Below, piece after piece: positions 47,309 through 56,531 of a stretch of 64,000 bases of DNA (position 1 is the stretch's first letter; every line of letters begins with the position of its first letter). The stretch is from Anaerolineae bacterium. Lineage in GTDB: Bacteria > Chloroflexota > Anaerolineae > UBA1429. Made by a program: the position numbers and the translations under genes. The notes under the pieces are model-generated. The model made no database searches. It was not told where the DNA came from and worked only from the letters and a program-made list of their open reading frames with translations. The stretch lies in NCBI GenBank assembly GCA_963675785.1, contig OY776562.1, forward strand, positions 2,560,001-2,624,000. Direction: 5' to 3'.

Positions 47309-48507
47309 TGACGAACACACAAGAAATCCGCGACCTAGAGAACAAGTACGTACTCCAAACCTATTCACGAGCGCCCTTTGTGCTCGACCATGGTGAAGGC
47401 GTCTATCTCTATGACACCGATGGTAAAGCCTATTTGGACTTTGTCAGTGGTATTGCGGTAAACGCTTTGGGCTATGGGGACCTAGAAGTACGCGAAGCCA
47501 TCGTCGATCAAGTCGACAAGCTGATCCACGTCTCCAATTTGTATTACACCCAGCCACAGGCTGAACTGGCCGAACTGTTGGTCAAGACATCCTTCGCCGA
47601 CCGCATCTTTTTCTGCAACTCGGGCGCCGAGTCCGTTGAAGGAGCCATCAAGTTTGCTCGTAAATGGGCAAAAACTCATTACGGCAAGGGCAAGAACTGT
47701 TTTGTCTCGCTCTCGGGTGCATTCCACGGACGCACCATGGGGGCCTTAGCCCTTACGCCGCGTCCTCATTATCAGGACGCCTTCCGGCCGCTCATGCCTG
47801 GCGCACGTTTGGCCGAATTCAATAACCTCGATTCGGTGGCAGCCCAGATGGACGAATCCGTTTGCGCCATCATCGCTGAACCGGTGCAAGGCGAAGGGGG
47901 CGTGAATCCTGCCGATCCCGAATTTCTTCAGGGACTGCGCGAACTGTGCGACCGCTATCACGCCCTGTTGATCTTTGATGAGGTGCAATGTGGCCTGGGC
48001 CGCACCGGCAGCCTCTGGGCACATCAACAATACGATATCGAACCGGATATGATGACCACGGCCAAACCCGTCGGGGCAGGCCTCCCCATGGGGCTGGTTT
48101 TCTTAAAGCAGCATGTGGCTGATGCCATTGAACCCGGCGATCACGCCAGTACCTTTGCCGGTGGGCCGGTGGTTTGCGCCGCCTCAAAGGTTGTCGTATC
48201 GCGCGTTGCCAATCCCAGTTTTCTAGCACACGTACAAGAGATGGGTGACTATCTCGTCGCCGGCTTGAAGGATATCGCTTCACGCCAGCCTGTCGTTGAA
48301 GAGGTACGTGGCTTGGGTTTGATCATCGGCATTCAGTGCAGCTCCAGTGTTGGCCCTGTGGTCAGGGCCTGCTATGAAGCCGGTTTGCTCACCTGTAGTG
48401 CAGGACCCAACGTGCTGCGTCTGTTACCGCCACTGATTATTGAAAAGGGCGACGCCGACAAGGCACTCGCCATGATTGAGGAGGCTTTGCGTGTCATCGG
48501 GGAATAA
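47308..48507 (+). CDS. argD: Acetylornithine aminotransferase
   Basis: SGIAVNALG, NSGAES, FHGRT, EPVQGEGG, DEVQCG.GRTG, AKP (PLP Lys). Confidence 0.92.
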   Translation: MTNTQEIRDLENKYVLQTYSRAPFVLDHGEGVYLYDTDGKAYLDFVSGIAVNALGYGDLEVREAIVDQVDKLIHVSNLYYTQPQAELAELLVKTSFADRIFFCNSGAESVEGAIKFARKWAKTHYGKGKNCFVSLSGAFHGRTMGALALTPRPHYQDAFRPLMPGARLAEFNNLDSVAAQMDESVCAIIAEPVQGEGGVNPADPEFLQGLRELCDRYHALLIFDEVQCGLGRTGSLWAHQQYDIEPDMMTTAKPVGAGLPMGLVFLKQHVADAIEPGDHASTFAGGPVVCAASKVVVSRVANPSFLAHVQEMGDYLVAGLKDIASRQPVVEEVRGLGLIIGIQCSSSVGPVVRACYEAGLLTCSAGPNVLRLLPPLIIEKGDADKALAMIEEALRVIGE

Positions 48508-48508
48508 A

Positions 48509-49009
48509 GTGCTCTGCCAGGAAGGTGCTATCATCGTTCGTAAGGCGCATATTGATGATGTGCCGGCCATGGCAGAGCTGATCAACAGCTATGGGCGTCA
48601 AGGCATCATGCTGGCACGCTCACGTCACCAGCTCTATCAATTCATCCGAGATTTTGTTGTTGCAGAGAATGAGCAAGGTCGTATCATTGGATGTGGTGCG
48701 CTTTCGATTGTCTGGTCCGATCTCTGCGAAATCCGCTCTCTCGCCGTCCAGGACGGATGGCTCGGCAAAGGTGTCGGTGGTCTTATGGTTCGGGCGCTCG
48801 CCCGTGAAGCGCAACAGCTCGGTGTCAGCCGAGTGTTTGCACTCACCTACCGCGTGGGATTTTTTGAGCACTTGGGATTCCATCAGGTCCCCCACGCAGA
48901 GCTGCCCCACAAGATTTGGGGAGATTGTTTGAATTGCCCCAAATATCCCAACTGTGATGAAGTTGCACTCATGATGCAACTAGACGCCGAACACAAGGAG
49001 AACAACTAA
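48509..49009 (+). CDS. Short ArgA-type N-acetyltransferase (putative N-acetylglutamate synthase)
   Basis: [37 protein letters not shown]; located inside the arg operon; GTG start assumed. Confidence 0.8.
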   Translation: MLCQEGAIIVRKAHIDDVPAMAELINSYGRQGIMLARSRHQLYQFIRDFVVAENEQGRIIGCGALSIVWSDLCEIRSLAVQDGWLGKGVGGLMVRALAREAQQLGVSRVFALTYRVGFFEHLGFHQVPHAELPHKIWGDCLNCPKYPNCDEVALMMQLDAEHKENN

Positions 49010-50217
49010 TGTCCGTCAAAAAGTGTGTACTGGCCTATTCCGGTGGACTCGATACCTCAGTCATCGTGAGCTGGCTCAAAGAAAACTATGGCTGTGAAGT
49101 CATCTGTGTCACCGCCGACCTAGGGCAGAACGAGGAACTGGACGGCCTGGAGGCAAAAGCCTTGGCTACCGGTGCCAGCAAGATCTATATCGAAGATATG
49201 CGCGAAGAGTTTGTCAAAGATTATATCTGGCCGACACTCAAAGCCGGCGCCATTTATGAGCGTGATTACCTCTTGGGAACCTCATTTGCCCGCCCACTCA
49301 TTGCCAAGCGTATGGTCGAAATCGCCGAAAAAGAAGGGGCCGACGCTGTAGCCCACGGCTGCACTGGCAAGGGAAACGATCAAGTTCGATTTGAACTTTC
49401 TTTCAAGGCCTTGAATCCCAAACTAACCATCATCGCCCCCTGGCGCGAATGGGACATCCGCTCGCGTGAAGACGCCCTGGAATACGCTGCCGCACACAAT
49501 ATTCCGGTAGCTCAGAGCAGAAAATCCATCTACAGTCGTGACCGCAACATCTGGCACATGAGCCACGAAGGCGGCATCCTCGAAGATCCTTGGGAAGAAC
49601 CTCTTGAAGATATGTTCGTGCTGACCAAGAGCCCTGAAGAAGCCCCGAATGTGCCCGAATATATCGAGATAGGTTTTGAAGAAGGCGCGCCCGTCACCTT
49701 GAATGGCACCAGCTTGAGCCCCCTACAGATGGTTACATCATTGAACGAGCTCGGCGGCAAACACGGCATTGGCCGGGTTGATATGGTAGAAAACCGCCTG
49801 GTGGGTATTAAATCGCGTGGCGTCTACGAGACGCCCGGTGGCACTATACTCTATGCCGCCCACAAGGGCCTTGAAAACCTTACTCTCGACGGTGAAACCT
49901 TACACTATCGAGACCTGCTCTCGCAGAAATACGCCGAAGTGGTTTACAACGGCCGTTGGTTCACCCCCTTGCGTGAGGCTCTTGATGCCGCTATCAATGT
50001 AATCGAAAAGACCGCCACCGGCACCGTGCGCGTCAAGCTCTACAAGGGTCAGGCCACCGTCGTCGGTCGTAAGTCACCCTATAGCCTCTATCGTGAAGAC
50101 TATGCCACCTTTGGTGAGGATGATGTATACAACCAGGCCGATGCAGAGGGCTTTATCAATCTCTTTGGCCTTTCCATGAAGGTGCGCGCTTTGCTCAACA
50201 AAGAAGGTCAGGAATAA
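49009..50217 (+). CDS. argG: Argininosuccinate synthase
   Basis: [40 protein letters not shown]. Confidence 0.97.
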   Translation: MSVKKCVLAYSGGLDTSVIVSWLKENYGCEVICVTADLGQNEELDGLEAKALATGASKIYIEDMREEFVKDYIWPTLKAGAIYERDYLLGTSFARPLIAKRMVEIAEKEGADAVAHGCTGKGNDQVRFELSFKALNPKLTIIAPWREWDIRSREDALEYAAAHNIPVAQSRKSIYSRDRNIWHMSHEGGILEDPWEEPLEDMFVLTKSPEEAPNVPEYIEIGFEEGAPVTLNGTSLSPLQMVTSLNELGGKHGIGRVDMVENRLVGIKSRGVYETPGGTILYAAHKGLENLTLDGETLHYRDLLSQKYAEVVYNGRWFTPLREALDAAINVIEKTATGTVRVKLYKGQATVVGRKSPYSLYREDYATFGEDDVYNQADAEGFINLFGLSMKVRALLNKEGQE

Positions 50218-50220
50218 ACC

Positions 50221-51594
50221 ATGCCGGCACTCTGGGGAGGACGATTCACCGAGGATACTGACGCGCTCATGTGGGCCTTTAATGCTTCCATCAGTGTCGA
50301 TCAGCGCATGGCGTTGGTCGACATTTGGGGCAGCCAAGCCTACGCACGCGCCATCCAAAAGGCCAGCGTGCTCACAGAGAACGAGCTAACTAAACTCGTC
50401 AGCGGCTTGGATGTAGTCGCTGACGAGTTTGAGCAAGGCACCTTTGCCTTGGCCGATAAGGACGAAGACATCCATACCGCTGTCGAACGGCGTTTAGGCG
50501 AGATCATCGGCCCACTGGCTGGCAAGCTACATACCGGCCGTAGCCGTAACGATCAAGTGGCTACCGACGTGCGCCTTTACATGTTAGAAGCGCTGGGACA
50601 CCTCAGTGAAATGCTTGACGCCACCTGCAAAACCATTGTGGACAAAGCCGCCGAGCATATCGATGTACTGATGCCAGGCTATACTCATATGCAGCCCGCG
50701 CAACCGGTGCGTTTCTCTCATTGGCTCATGTCCTACTTTTGGATGTTGGACCGCGATCGAGAGCGCTTGGCCGACCTGACCAAGCGGGTATCGTGCTGCC
50801 CCTTGGGAGCCGGTGCTTTGGCTGGCAACGCTTACGGTATTGACCGTCAGGCTCTGGCCAAAGACCTAGGATTCGATGACATCACATGGAATAGCATGGA
50901 TGCTGTCGCCGACCGTGACATGATCATCGAATGCCTGTCTTGGGGAGCGCAGATTGGTTTGCACCTCAGTCGCCTGGCCGAAGATATCATCATCTGGTCG
51001 ACGCGCGAGTTTGGTTTTGTGCACCTCTCAGATCGCTATTCGACCGGATCGAGCATCATGCCCCAGAAAAAGAATCCCGACAGTATGGAGCTGGTGCGCG
51101 GCAAAACCGGCCGTCTGCTGGCCAACCTGATCCAGATCATGGCCGTATGCAAGGGCATCCCTTCCACCTATGACAAGGACCTGCAGGAAGACAAAGAAGC
51201 CCTGTTCGACACGCTGGATACCTTGGGGATGCTGCTGCCCATCACGGCTGGTGTTGTCGCCACCATGACGATCGATGCGGACAAGATGGCCGCCGCATTG
51301 AGTGATGAACTCATCGCCACCGATATCGCTGATTATTTGGTGAAAAAAGGGCTCCCCTTCCGCGAAGCGCATGGTATAGTTGGCAGATTGGTACTACTAA
51401 GTGAGGACAAAGGCGTAGGTTTGTGCAGCCTTTCCTTGGAGGATTATCGCTCGACTTGCGAATTGTTTGAGGCCGATGTGCAAGGGGTGTTGTCTTTTGA
51501 GGCCTCTGTAGAGGCGAGGGACACAGCAGGAGGCACAGCACGTTCGGCTGTGTTAGAACAAATCACCGAGGCGCGGAAGCGTTTAGCCCAGTAA
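50221..51594 (+). CDS. argH: Argininosuccinate lyase
   Basis: LWGGRF, HTGRSRNDQ, PGYTHMQ.AQ, GSSIMPQKKNPD. Confidence 0.97.
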   Translation: MPALWGGRFTEDTDALMWAFNASISVDQRMALVDIWGSQAYARAIQKASVLTENELTKLVSGLDVVADEFEQGTFALADKDEDIHTAVERRLGEIIGPLAGKLHTGRSRNDQVATDVRLYMLEALGHLSEMLDATCKTIVDKAAEHIDVLMPGYTHMQPAQPVRFSHWLMSYFWMLDRDRERLADLTKRVSCCPLGAGALAGNAYGIDRQALAKDLGFDDITWNSMDAVADRDMIIECLSWGAQIGLHLSRLAEDIIIWSTREFGFVHLSDRYSTGSSIMPQKKNPDSMELVRGKTGRLLANLIQIMAVCKGIPSTYDKDLQEDKEALFDTLDTLGMLLPITAGVVATMTIDADKMAAALSDELIATDIADYLVKKGLPFREAHGIVGRLVLLSEDKGVGLCSLSLEDYRSTCELFEADVQGVLSFEASVEARDTAGGTARSAVLEQITEARKRLAQ

Positions 51595-51622
51595 AAAAGC
51601 ATATCACGTGCTTTATCAAACT

Positions 51623-51655
51623 AGGGGGGGCTGACAAAGATCAGGCCCCCCTTTT
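51623..51655 (+). terminator. arg operon terminator
   Basis: AGGGGGGGCTGA-CAAAGA-TCAGGCCCCCCTTTT. Confidence 0.75.
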
Positions 51656-51844
51656 ACATTTGGGCTACAAAATCTTTTTTCCTTTGAAAAAGGGAAAGGG
51701 GGTATAAATACCTCGAATAGAATAATCCGCCTCATAAAAAGGAACCTCCTCCCATTGCCCCTCGTATACATACAAGATAACCAGTCCTTTTAGCAGAATG
51801 CCAAGTCTATGTCTAGAGAAAGACACTTGTAGAGAGGAAGTGAA

Positions 51845-52492
51845 ATGTTTGAACACAAACTAATGAACAGTGCTAAAAGCTATTGGCTAGTTGCTGGCCT
51901 GGGGTTCGCAGCTGGGGTATTGACGGTACTATTGGATTTCTTTCCCCCAGATACCTTATGGACCTGGAGCTCTTTTTCAGGATGCTTTGGCTTTTGGATC
52001 GTCACCACGACGATTCTCATTTTCTTGAGTGATTCACGCAAGGTCGCAGGGTGGAACGCATTTATCTATCTGAGCTCAATGAGCATTGCTTTCTATCTTT
52101 CCAAAGCAGTGGTTTACAAGTTCGTCTATTCTGCATCCCAATTTGAGCTAGAGTTTCTCTCCTTGACAGCTTTTTGGCTCGCAGCCTCGGCAATATGTGG
52201 CCTCTCCGCAAGTTTTGTATGGATAGGTCAGGGAGAGGGATGGTGGCCTGCTTTTTGGCGTGCATTGCCCATTGCAGGATTGATCATTGAAGCAACAAAA
52301 CTCGTTGCTTCAGTCATTGTCAATCAAAAATACTTGGCCCAAGCCATCTTTGATATTGTTTTCGCCTTTGTCCTATTTTTCGTTCTGAACAAAAACAGAT
52401 CACAAAAGTCTCGAACGTTTGTCTTCATCGTTCCAATTTCGGCGCTTGTCATCTTTCTAGTCTACAAAACAGGAACACTTGTTCAATATTAG
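51845..52492 (+). CDS. Polytopic membrane protein of unknown function (DUF6518-like)
   Basis: About 7 hydrophobic segments; AT-richer than its neighbours; GAGG RBS. Confidence 0.6.
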   Translation: MFEHKLMNSAKSYWLVAGLGFAAGVLTVLLDFFPPDTLWTWSSFSGCFGFWIVTTTILIFLSDSRKVAGWNAFIYLSSMSIAFYLSKAVVYKFVYSASQFELEFLSLTAFWLAASAICGLSASFVWIGQGEGWWPAFWRALPIAGLIIEATKLVASVIVNQKYLAQAIFDIVFAFVLFFVLNKNRSQKSRTFVFIVPISALVIFLVYKTGTLVQY

Positions 52493-52513
52493 GAGTGCCT
52501 TTTGCCAAGACGC

Positions 52514-52547
52514 AAAACAGCAGCATAGGATTACATCTGCTGCTGTT
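52514..52547. terminator. Hairpin between convergent genes, likely the amrS terminator
   Basis: AACAGCAGCA...TGCTGCTGTT inverted repeat. Confidence 0.55.
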
Positions 52548-52584
52548 CACATGATTGAACTGACACTTGGCCTCGGCCAAAGAT

Positions 52585-53607
52585 TCAGAACTGGCCAGCA
52601 ATGACCGCTCCGCAGTAACCGCAACGATCGCCGTTCATGTGTTTGCCGCGTATCACATATCCAGAACGCTCGATAATCACTTTGCCACACACTGGGCAGA
52701 TCGTATCCTCACCCTGGCTGCCAGGCACATTGCCAATGTAGACATGTTTCAAGCCGTTTTCGTAACCGATCTCGCGGGCACGTACCAGGCGAGCAGGCGG
52801 CGTTGGCGACACATCCAACATGCGAAACGTTGGGTGAAAGCGACTCACGTGCCAGGGCGTATCCGGCCCCAGTTCGTGGGCAATAAAACTGGCAACATCC
52901 GCCAATTCTTCATCGCTGTCGTTCTTGCCAGGAATAACCAGCGTAGTCACCTCTAACCAGATACCTCGCTCTTTGATTAACTTTAGACTATCCAACACTG
53001 GCTGAAGCCGTGCGCCGCACTCTTGCCGATAAAAATCATCGCGAAAGCTCTTGAGGTCCACGTTCGCTGCATCGAGTAGAGGTGGCACCTCTCGCTCCGA
53101 AACCACTTCCAGCATCTCGCGGCTCATGTAGCCGTTGGTCACAAACACGTTGGCGATCTTGGCTTCACGAGCCAGTTGCGCCGTATCTCTTGCATATTCA
53201 AAAAAAACAGTCGGCTCTGTATAGGTATAGGCGATGGAACGACACTTGTAACGCAGGGCCGCGACGACCAAAGCCTCAGGAGAAACATACTGCCCCTTGG
53301 GAACAGCGTCATCCCGCAATTGCGAGATGTCGGCGTTCTGACAAAAGGTACAGCGAAAATTGCACCCTGCCGTAGCAAACGAAAACGCATCACTGCCCGG
53401 GTAAAAATGAAAAAGCGGTTTCTTCTCGATGGGGTCTACTGCCTGGGCAACAGGATAACCATACACCACTGTGTGCAAAACGCCGCCTTCGTTGCGCCGC
53501 ACACCGCAGATTCCGGTGCCGCCCTCGCGAATGAGGCACTGGTGCGCGCACAAACGACAGCGCACATCGTTACCCGGTAGTGTGTCAAACAATAAGGCTT
53601 CCCTCAT
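52585..53607 (-). CDS. amrS: AmmeMemoRadiSam system radical SAM enzyme
   Basis: CRLCAHQC...G.CGVR, DPIEKKPLFHF.PG, GCNFRCTFCQN, AYTYTEP, C-terminal C..C...C..C; ATG 53607 after GAGGAGG. Confidence 0.92.
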   Translation of the reverse strand: MREALLFDTLPGNDVRCRLCAHQCLIREGGTGICGVRRNEGGVLHTVVYGYPVAQAVDPIEKKPLFHFYPGSDAFSFATAGCNFRCTFCQNADISQLRDDAVPKGQYVSPEALVVAALRYKCRSIAYTYTEPTVFFEYARDTAQLAREAKIANVFVTNGYMSREMLEVVSEREVPPLLDAANVDLKSFRDDFYRQECGARLQPVLDSLKLIKERGIWLEVTTLVIPGKNDSDEELADVASFIAHELGPDTPWHVSRFHPTFRMLDVSPTPPARLVRAREIGYENGLKHVYIGNVPGSQGEDTICPVCGKVIIERSGYVIRGKHMNGDRCGYCGAVIAGQF

Positions 53608-53655
53608 CACCGCCTCCTCTAGCAGGCGTCCCACCAATTATCAGGCAGTTCCTGC

Positions 53656-53994
53656 TTATTCAGGCCGAGGAATCACGCAGACAAACTGCATCAGGCTATC
53701 GCCTGTATTGATGAACTGGTGCTTTTCGTTGGGCGCCACATAAGCAAACATCCCCGGAACAAGTTCAGTGCGGTTACCATCTGCGTTTTGTACCTCACAC
53801 TTGCCGGCAACCATAAACACTTCGTGCTCCCACGGATGGGTATGATACTCGGTGGCTGCGCCAGGTTGTACCTCGATCATGCGCATGTAGAAATTGGGAG
53901 CATCCACATTCTTGGCCAGCATCCAGCGCACGCGCATGGTTCCAGCCTCATCCACATTCATTGCCTCAACCTGGTCCGTTCGCAACAACTTCAT
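53656..53994 (-). CDS. Cupin domain protein
   Basis: APNFYMR, HTHPWEHE and HQFIN motifs. Confidence 0.88.
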   Translation of the reverse strand: MKLLRTDQVEAMNVDEAGTMRVRWMLAKNVDAPNFYMRMIEVQPGAATEYHTHPWEHEVFMVAGKCEVQNADGNRTELVPGMFAYVAPNEKHQFINTGDSLMQFVCVIPRPE

Positions 53995-54865
53995 TTGCTA
54001 TCTCCTGCATTTCATCTCGAGAAGCGCCAACAAGCGTCCTCAGAATGTCCAAACTCCATTTGTCCTGTACAAGAGTTACGTCTTTGGGCGTCTCTAGTAC
54101 CATGGAAACACCAGCCAGGCGAGAATCGTTCGCCAATCGCCAAAAAGCGGCCAGGCCGATCATTCCCCGACCAATATGCTCATGCCGATCCACCCCACTA
54201 CCGAGTTCTCGTTTCGAGTCGTTCAGATGGATCAGATCGAGATGCTCCAGGCCGATGATTCGATCAAATGCCTGCCAGGTAATATCATAACCTTCTTGCG
54301 TGCTCAGATCATAGCCTGCAGCGAACACATGAGCGGTATCTAGACAAAAGCCCAGGCGTTGCGATTGATTTACCCGCTCGCCAATCGTAGCGAGTTCTTC
54401 AAATGTGTGCCCAATGCTCGTGCCCTGTCCGGCCGTCGTCTCTAGCAGCAGGCGTGTCTCTTCCGTTTCAGCCAGCACCCGATTAACGGCCTCAGCAACA
54501 CGTCGGATACCAGCATCTGCGCCACTACCCACGTGGGCCCCGGGGTGAAGCACATAACCGGGGATATCTAACATCTTGCTGCGCCTCAACTCGTCACGAG
54601 CGGCCTTTTGGGACTTTTGCCACAAGGCCTCATCCGGTGTAGCCAGATTGATGAGGTACGAGCCGTGGGCAGCAACAGCATGAACGCCTGTCTCTTGCTG
54701 AGCCGACTGCCAAGCGACAACCTGATCTGCGGTAAGAGCCGGTGCCTGCCAACGGTTGTTGTTCCGCGTAAACACTTGCACCACATCACAACCGACACTT
54801 TGGCCCCGCTCGATAGCTCGTACGGGCCCGCCAGCTATGGACATGTGTGCACCAAATTGTACCAT
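53966..54865 (-). CDS. nfo: Endonuclease IV (deoxyribonuclease IV)
   Basis: GAHMSIAGG, HGSYLINL, HPG, ETTAGQG, DTAH, HLNDSK, DRHEHIG.G, LETP. Confidence 0.95.
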   Translation of the reverse strand: MVQFGAHMSIAGGPVRAIERGQSVGCDVVQVFTRNNNRWQAPALTADQVVAWQSAQQETGVHAVAAHGSYLINLATPDEALWQKSQKAARDELRRSKMLDIPGYVLHPGAHVGSGADAGIRRVAEAVNRVLAETEETRLLLETTAGQGTSIGHTFEELATIGERVNQSQRLGFCLDTAHVFAAGYDLSTQEGYDITWQAFDRIIGLEHLDLIHLNDSKRELGSGVDRHEHIGRGMIGLAAFWRLANDSRLAGVSMVLETPKDVTLVQDKWSLDILRTLVGASRDEMQEIANEVVANGPG

Positions 54866-54909
54866 AGTCTCTCCCCAATTCTATGTTGACGACTCGATGG
54901 GGTCAATGT

Positions 54910-54946
54910 AAAAAAAGAGACGGAGAACACCCTTGTTCTCCGCCTC
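54910..54946 (-). terminator. Terminator of the trxA-FmdB-CsoR operon
   Basis: Minus strand GAGGCGGAGAACA-AGGG-TGTTCTCCGTCTC-TTTTTTT. Confidence 0.8.
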
Positions 54947-54959
54947 AAATATCTATTCC

Positions 54960-55226
54960 CTATGAAGGAAGATGAAGCAAAAAGTCCACAATCGTATCGA
55001 TATCATCACCAGAACTGCTGCAATCCGAACTGGATAGACAGGTCAAAGCGTACTGTCGGGCAAGCTCAACGCTGACGCTGCGCGTCGCAGCGCGAACGGA
55101 TGCAAGTTGGTTTAGAACCTCTTTGCAGTCCCGGTCTTCCTCCAGCATGCGCTGAATACCTTGCGTCTGTCCCTCGATGCGGCGCAGACGTCTGATGAGA
55201 TCATCACGCTGTTCTGGTGATATCAT
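54960..55226 (-). CDS. CsoR/RcnR/CstR family transcriptional repressor
   Basis: RLRRIEGQ..GIQRM.EEDRDC.EVL.QL signature; second Cys in QYALTC. Confidence 0.9.
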   Translation of the reverse strand: MISPEQRDDLIRRLRRIEGQTQGIQRMLEEDRDCKEVLNQLASVRAATRSVSVELARQYALTCLSSSDCSSSGDDIDTIVDFLLHLPS

Positions 55227-55284
55227 CCCTTAAACTCCTGGGCCAACATTCTTGCGACGCTCACTAGCGTCGAGGACCAATGCC

Positions 55285-55470
55285 TCAACCGCCCGTAGGC
55301 GCACAGCTGGATGACCCTGAACCCCAGCTTCCGCCAAAGCTAGAAACTTGTTTAACACAATCCTTACTGTGACACTGCGGACACTCTATTTCACCATTAC
55401 TGTTAAAGGAACGCACCAGCTTTTCAAATACGTGTCCACACGTATTACAGCTATACTCGTAAATCGGCAT
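55285..55470 (-). CDS. FmdB-family zinc-ribbon protein (possible Sec read-through to 55264)
   Basis: MPIYEY.C..CGH.FE, CPQC.S, Gly/Ser tail CAPTGG then TGA followed by a stem-loop. Confidence 0.88.
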   Translation of the reverse strand: MPIYEYSCNTCGHVFEKLVRSFNSNGEIECPQCHSKDCVKQVSSFGGSWGSGSSSCAPTGG

Positions 55471-55482
55471 CAGTTCACACCT

Positions 55483-55815
55483 CTAGGCCGTAATCGCTGC
55501 GTCGATCTTTTGCTTGAGCACAGGCTTGGGGGCGAACCCAACCATGCGATCGACTTCTTTGCCACCAGAGAACAGAATAAGCGTGGGAATACCACGAATG
55601 CCCAGTTTTCCAGGCACTTCGGGATTCTCGTCTGTGTTCACCTTGGCGACGACAAGCTTGCCAACGTACTCATCAGCCAGTTCCTCAACGATGGGGGCAA
55701 TCATGCGGCAAGGACCGCACCATGGCGCCCAAAAGTCTACCAATACCGGGGTTTCTGCCTGAAGAACATCGCTATCGAATGTGGCATCTGAAACGTGCTT
55801 GATCGCGTCACTCAT
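55483..55815 (-). CDS. trxA: Thioredoxin
   Basis: VDFWAPWCGPC and IPTL cis-Pro motif; ATG 55815 after AAGGAG. Confidence 0.95.
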   Translation of the reverse strand: MSDAIKHVSDATFDSDVLQAETPVLVDFWAPWCGPCRMIAPIVEELADEYVGKLVVAKVNTDENPEVPGKLGIRGIPTLILFSGGKEVDRMVGFAPKPVLKQKIDAAITA

Positions 55816-55877
55816 TGCCTGACTCCTTGTAGCTAAGTGGATTCTCAATACTGCAGGGACTTTGTGTCGTCTATGGG

Positions 55878-55927
55878 ATACCCCCCTACAGTATTGATAG
55901 TATAGAACACTCGGCGTACTATGTCAA
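55878..55927 (-). promoter_or_regulatory. trxA operon promoter with CsoR-family operator
   Basis: TTGACA (55927-55922), 17 bp, TATACT (55904-55899); ATAC-CCCCCTACA-GTAT (55878-55894), AT arms around a C tract, at the expected start site. Confidence 0.75.
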
Positions 55928-55943
55928 GAAGGATAAATCACAA

Positions 55944-56414
55944 ATGCTATCTTGTCCGATTCCGGGATACAGGGATTATCAGTTTGAATATCTCGTTCTA
56001 GACCTTAACGGGACGCTATCAATCGATGGCGTGCTGCTGGACGGTGTTAGTGAACGTCTGACCGAGCTCAGTCAACAACTCGAGATATACATGGTAACCG
56101 CGGACACCCAGGGAACGGCTGCAACCATCGCTACAAAATTGGGCATCCATTTGTACAAATTATCTGCCGAACTCGGCACTCCACAAAAAGCCCTGTTCGT
56201 TGAGCAACTCGGGGCCGAACACGTAGTGGCCATGGGTAATGGCGCCAACGATATGGCCATGTTCGAACGCGCTGCCCTTGGCATCGCCATCGTGGGAACA
56301 GAAGGTCTGGCTGTACAAGCATTAGCCCAGGCGGATATCGTGGTAACCAATCCATGTGATGGTCTTGATCTACTCATTCACCCTAAACGCCTGATTGCCA
56401 CGCTGAGGCGATAG
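55944..56414 (+). CDS. HAD family hydrolase (soluble P-type ATPase-like)
   Basis: DLNGTL..DG, TADT.G, GNGAND, LIATLR C-terminus. Confidence 0.88.
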   Translation: MLSCPIPGYRDYQFEYLVLDLNGTLSIDGVLLDGVSERLTELSQQLEIYMVTADTQGTAATIATKLGIHLYKLSAELGTPQKALFVEQLGAEHVVAMGNGANDMAMFERAALGIAIVGTEGLAVQALAQADIVVTNPCDGLDLLIHPKRLIATLRR

Positions 56415-56531
56415 GGATATTGCTCCAGACAATAGCAGCGTGTACAATCAGTGGCGTACTGCTCCAGAAAATATTGGGCTTCCTCGCCCAGTTTGTGTGT
56501 CATAACCAGATAGTGCTCCAGGAGAAACGAT

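Noticed and set aside
54925-54938. GAAC...GTTC upstream of nfo as an SOS box
   Set aside because: Spacer is 6 nt rather than 4, and the sequence is the stem of the CsoR-operon terminator.
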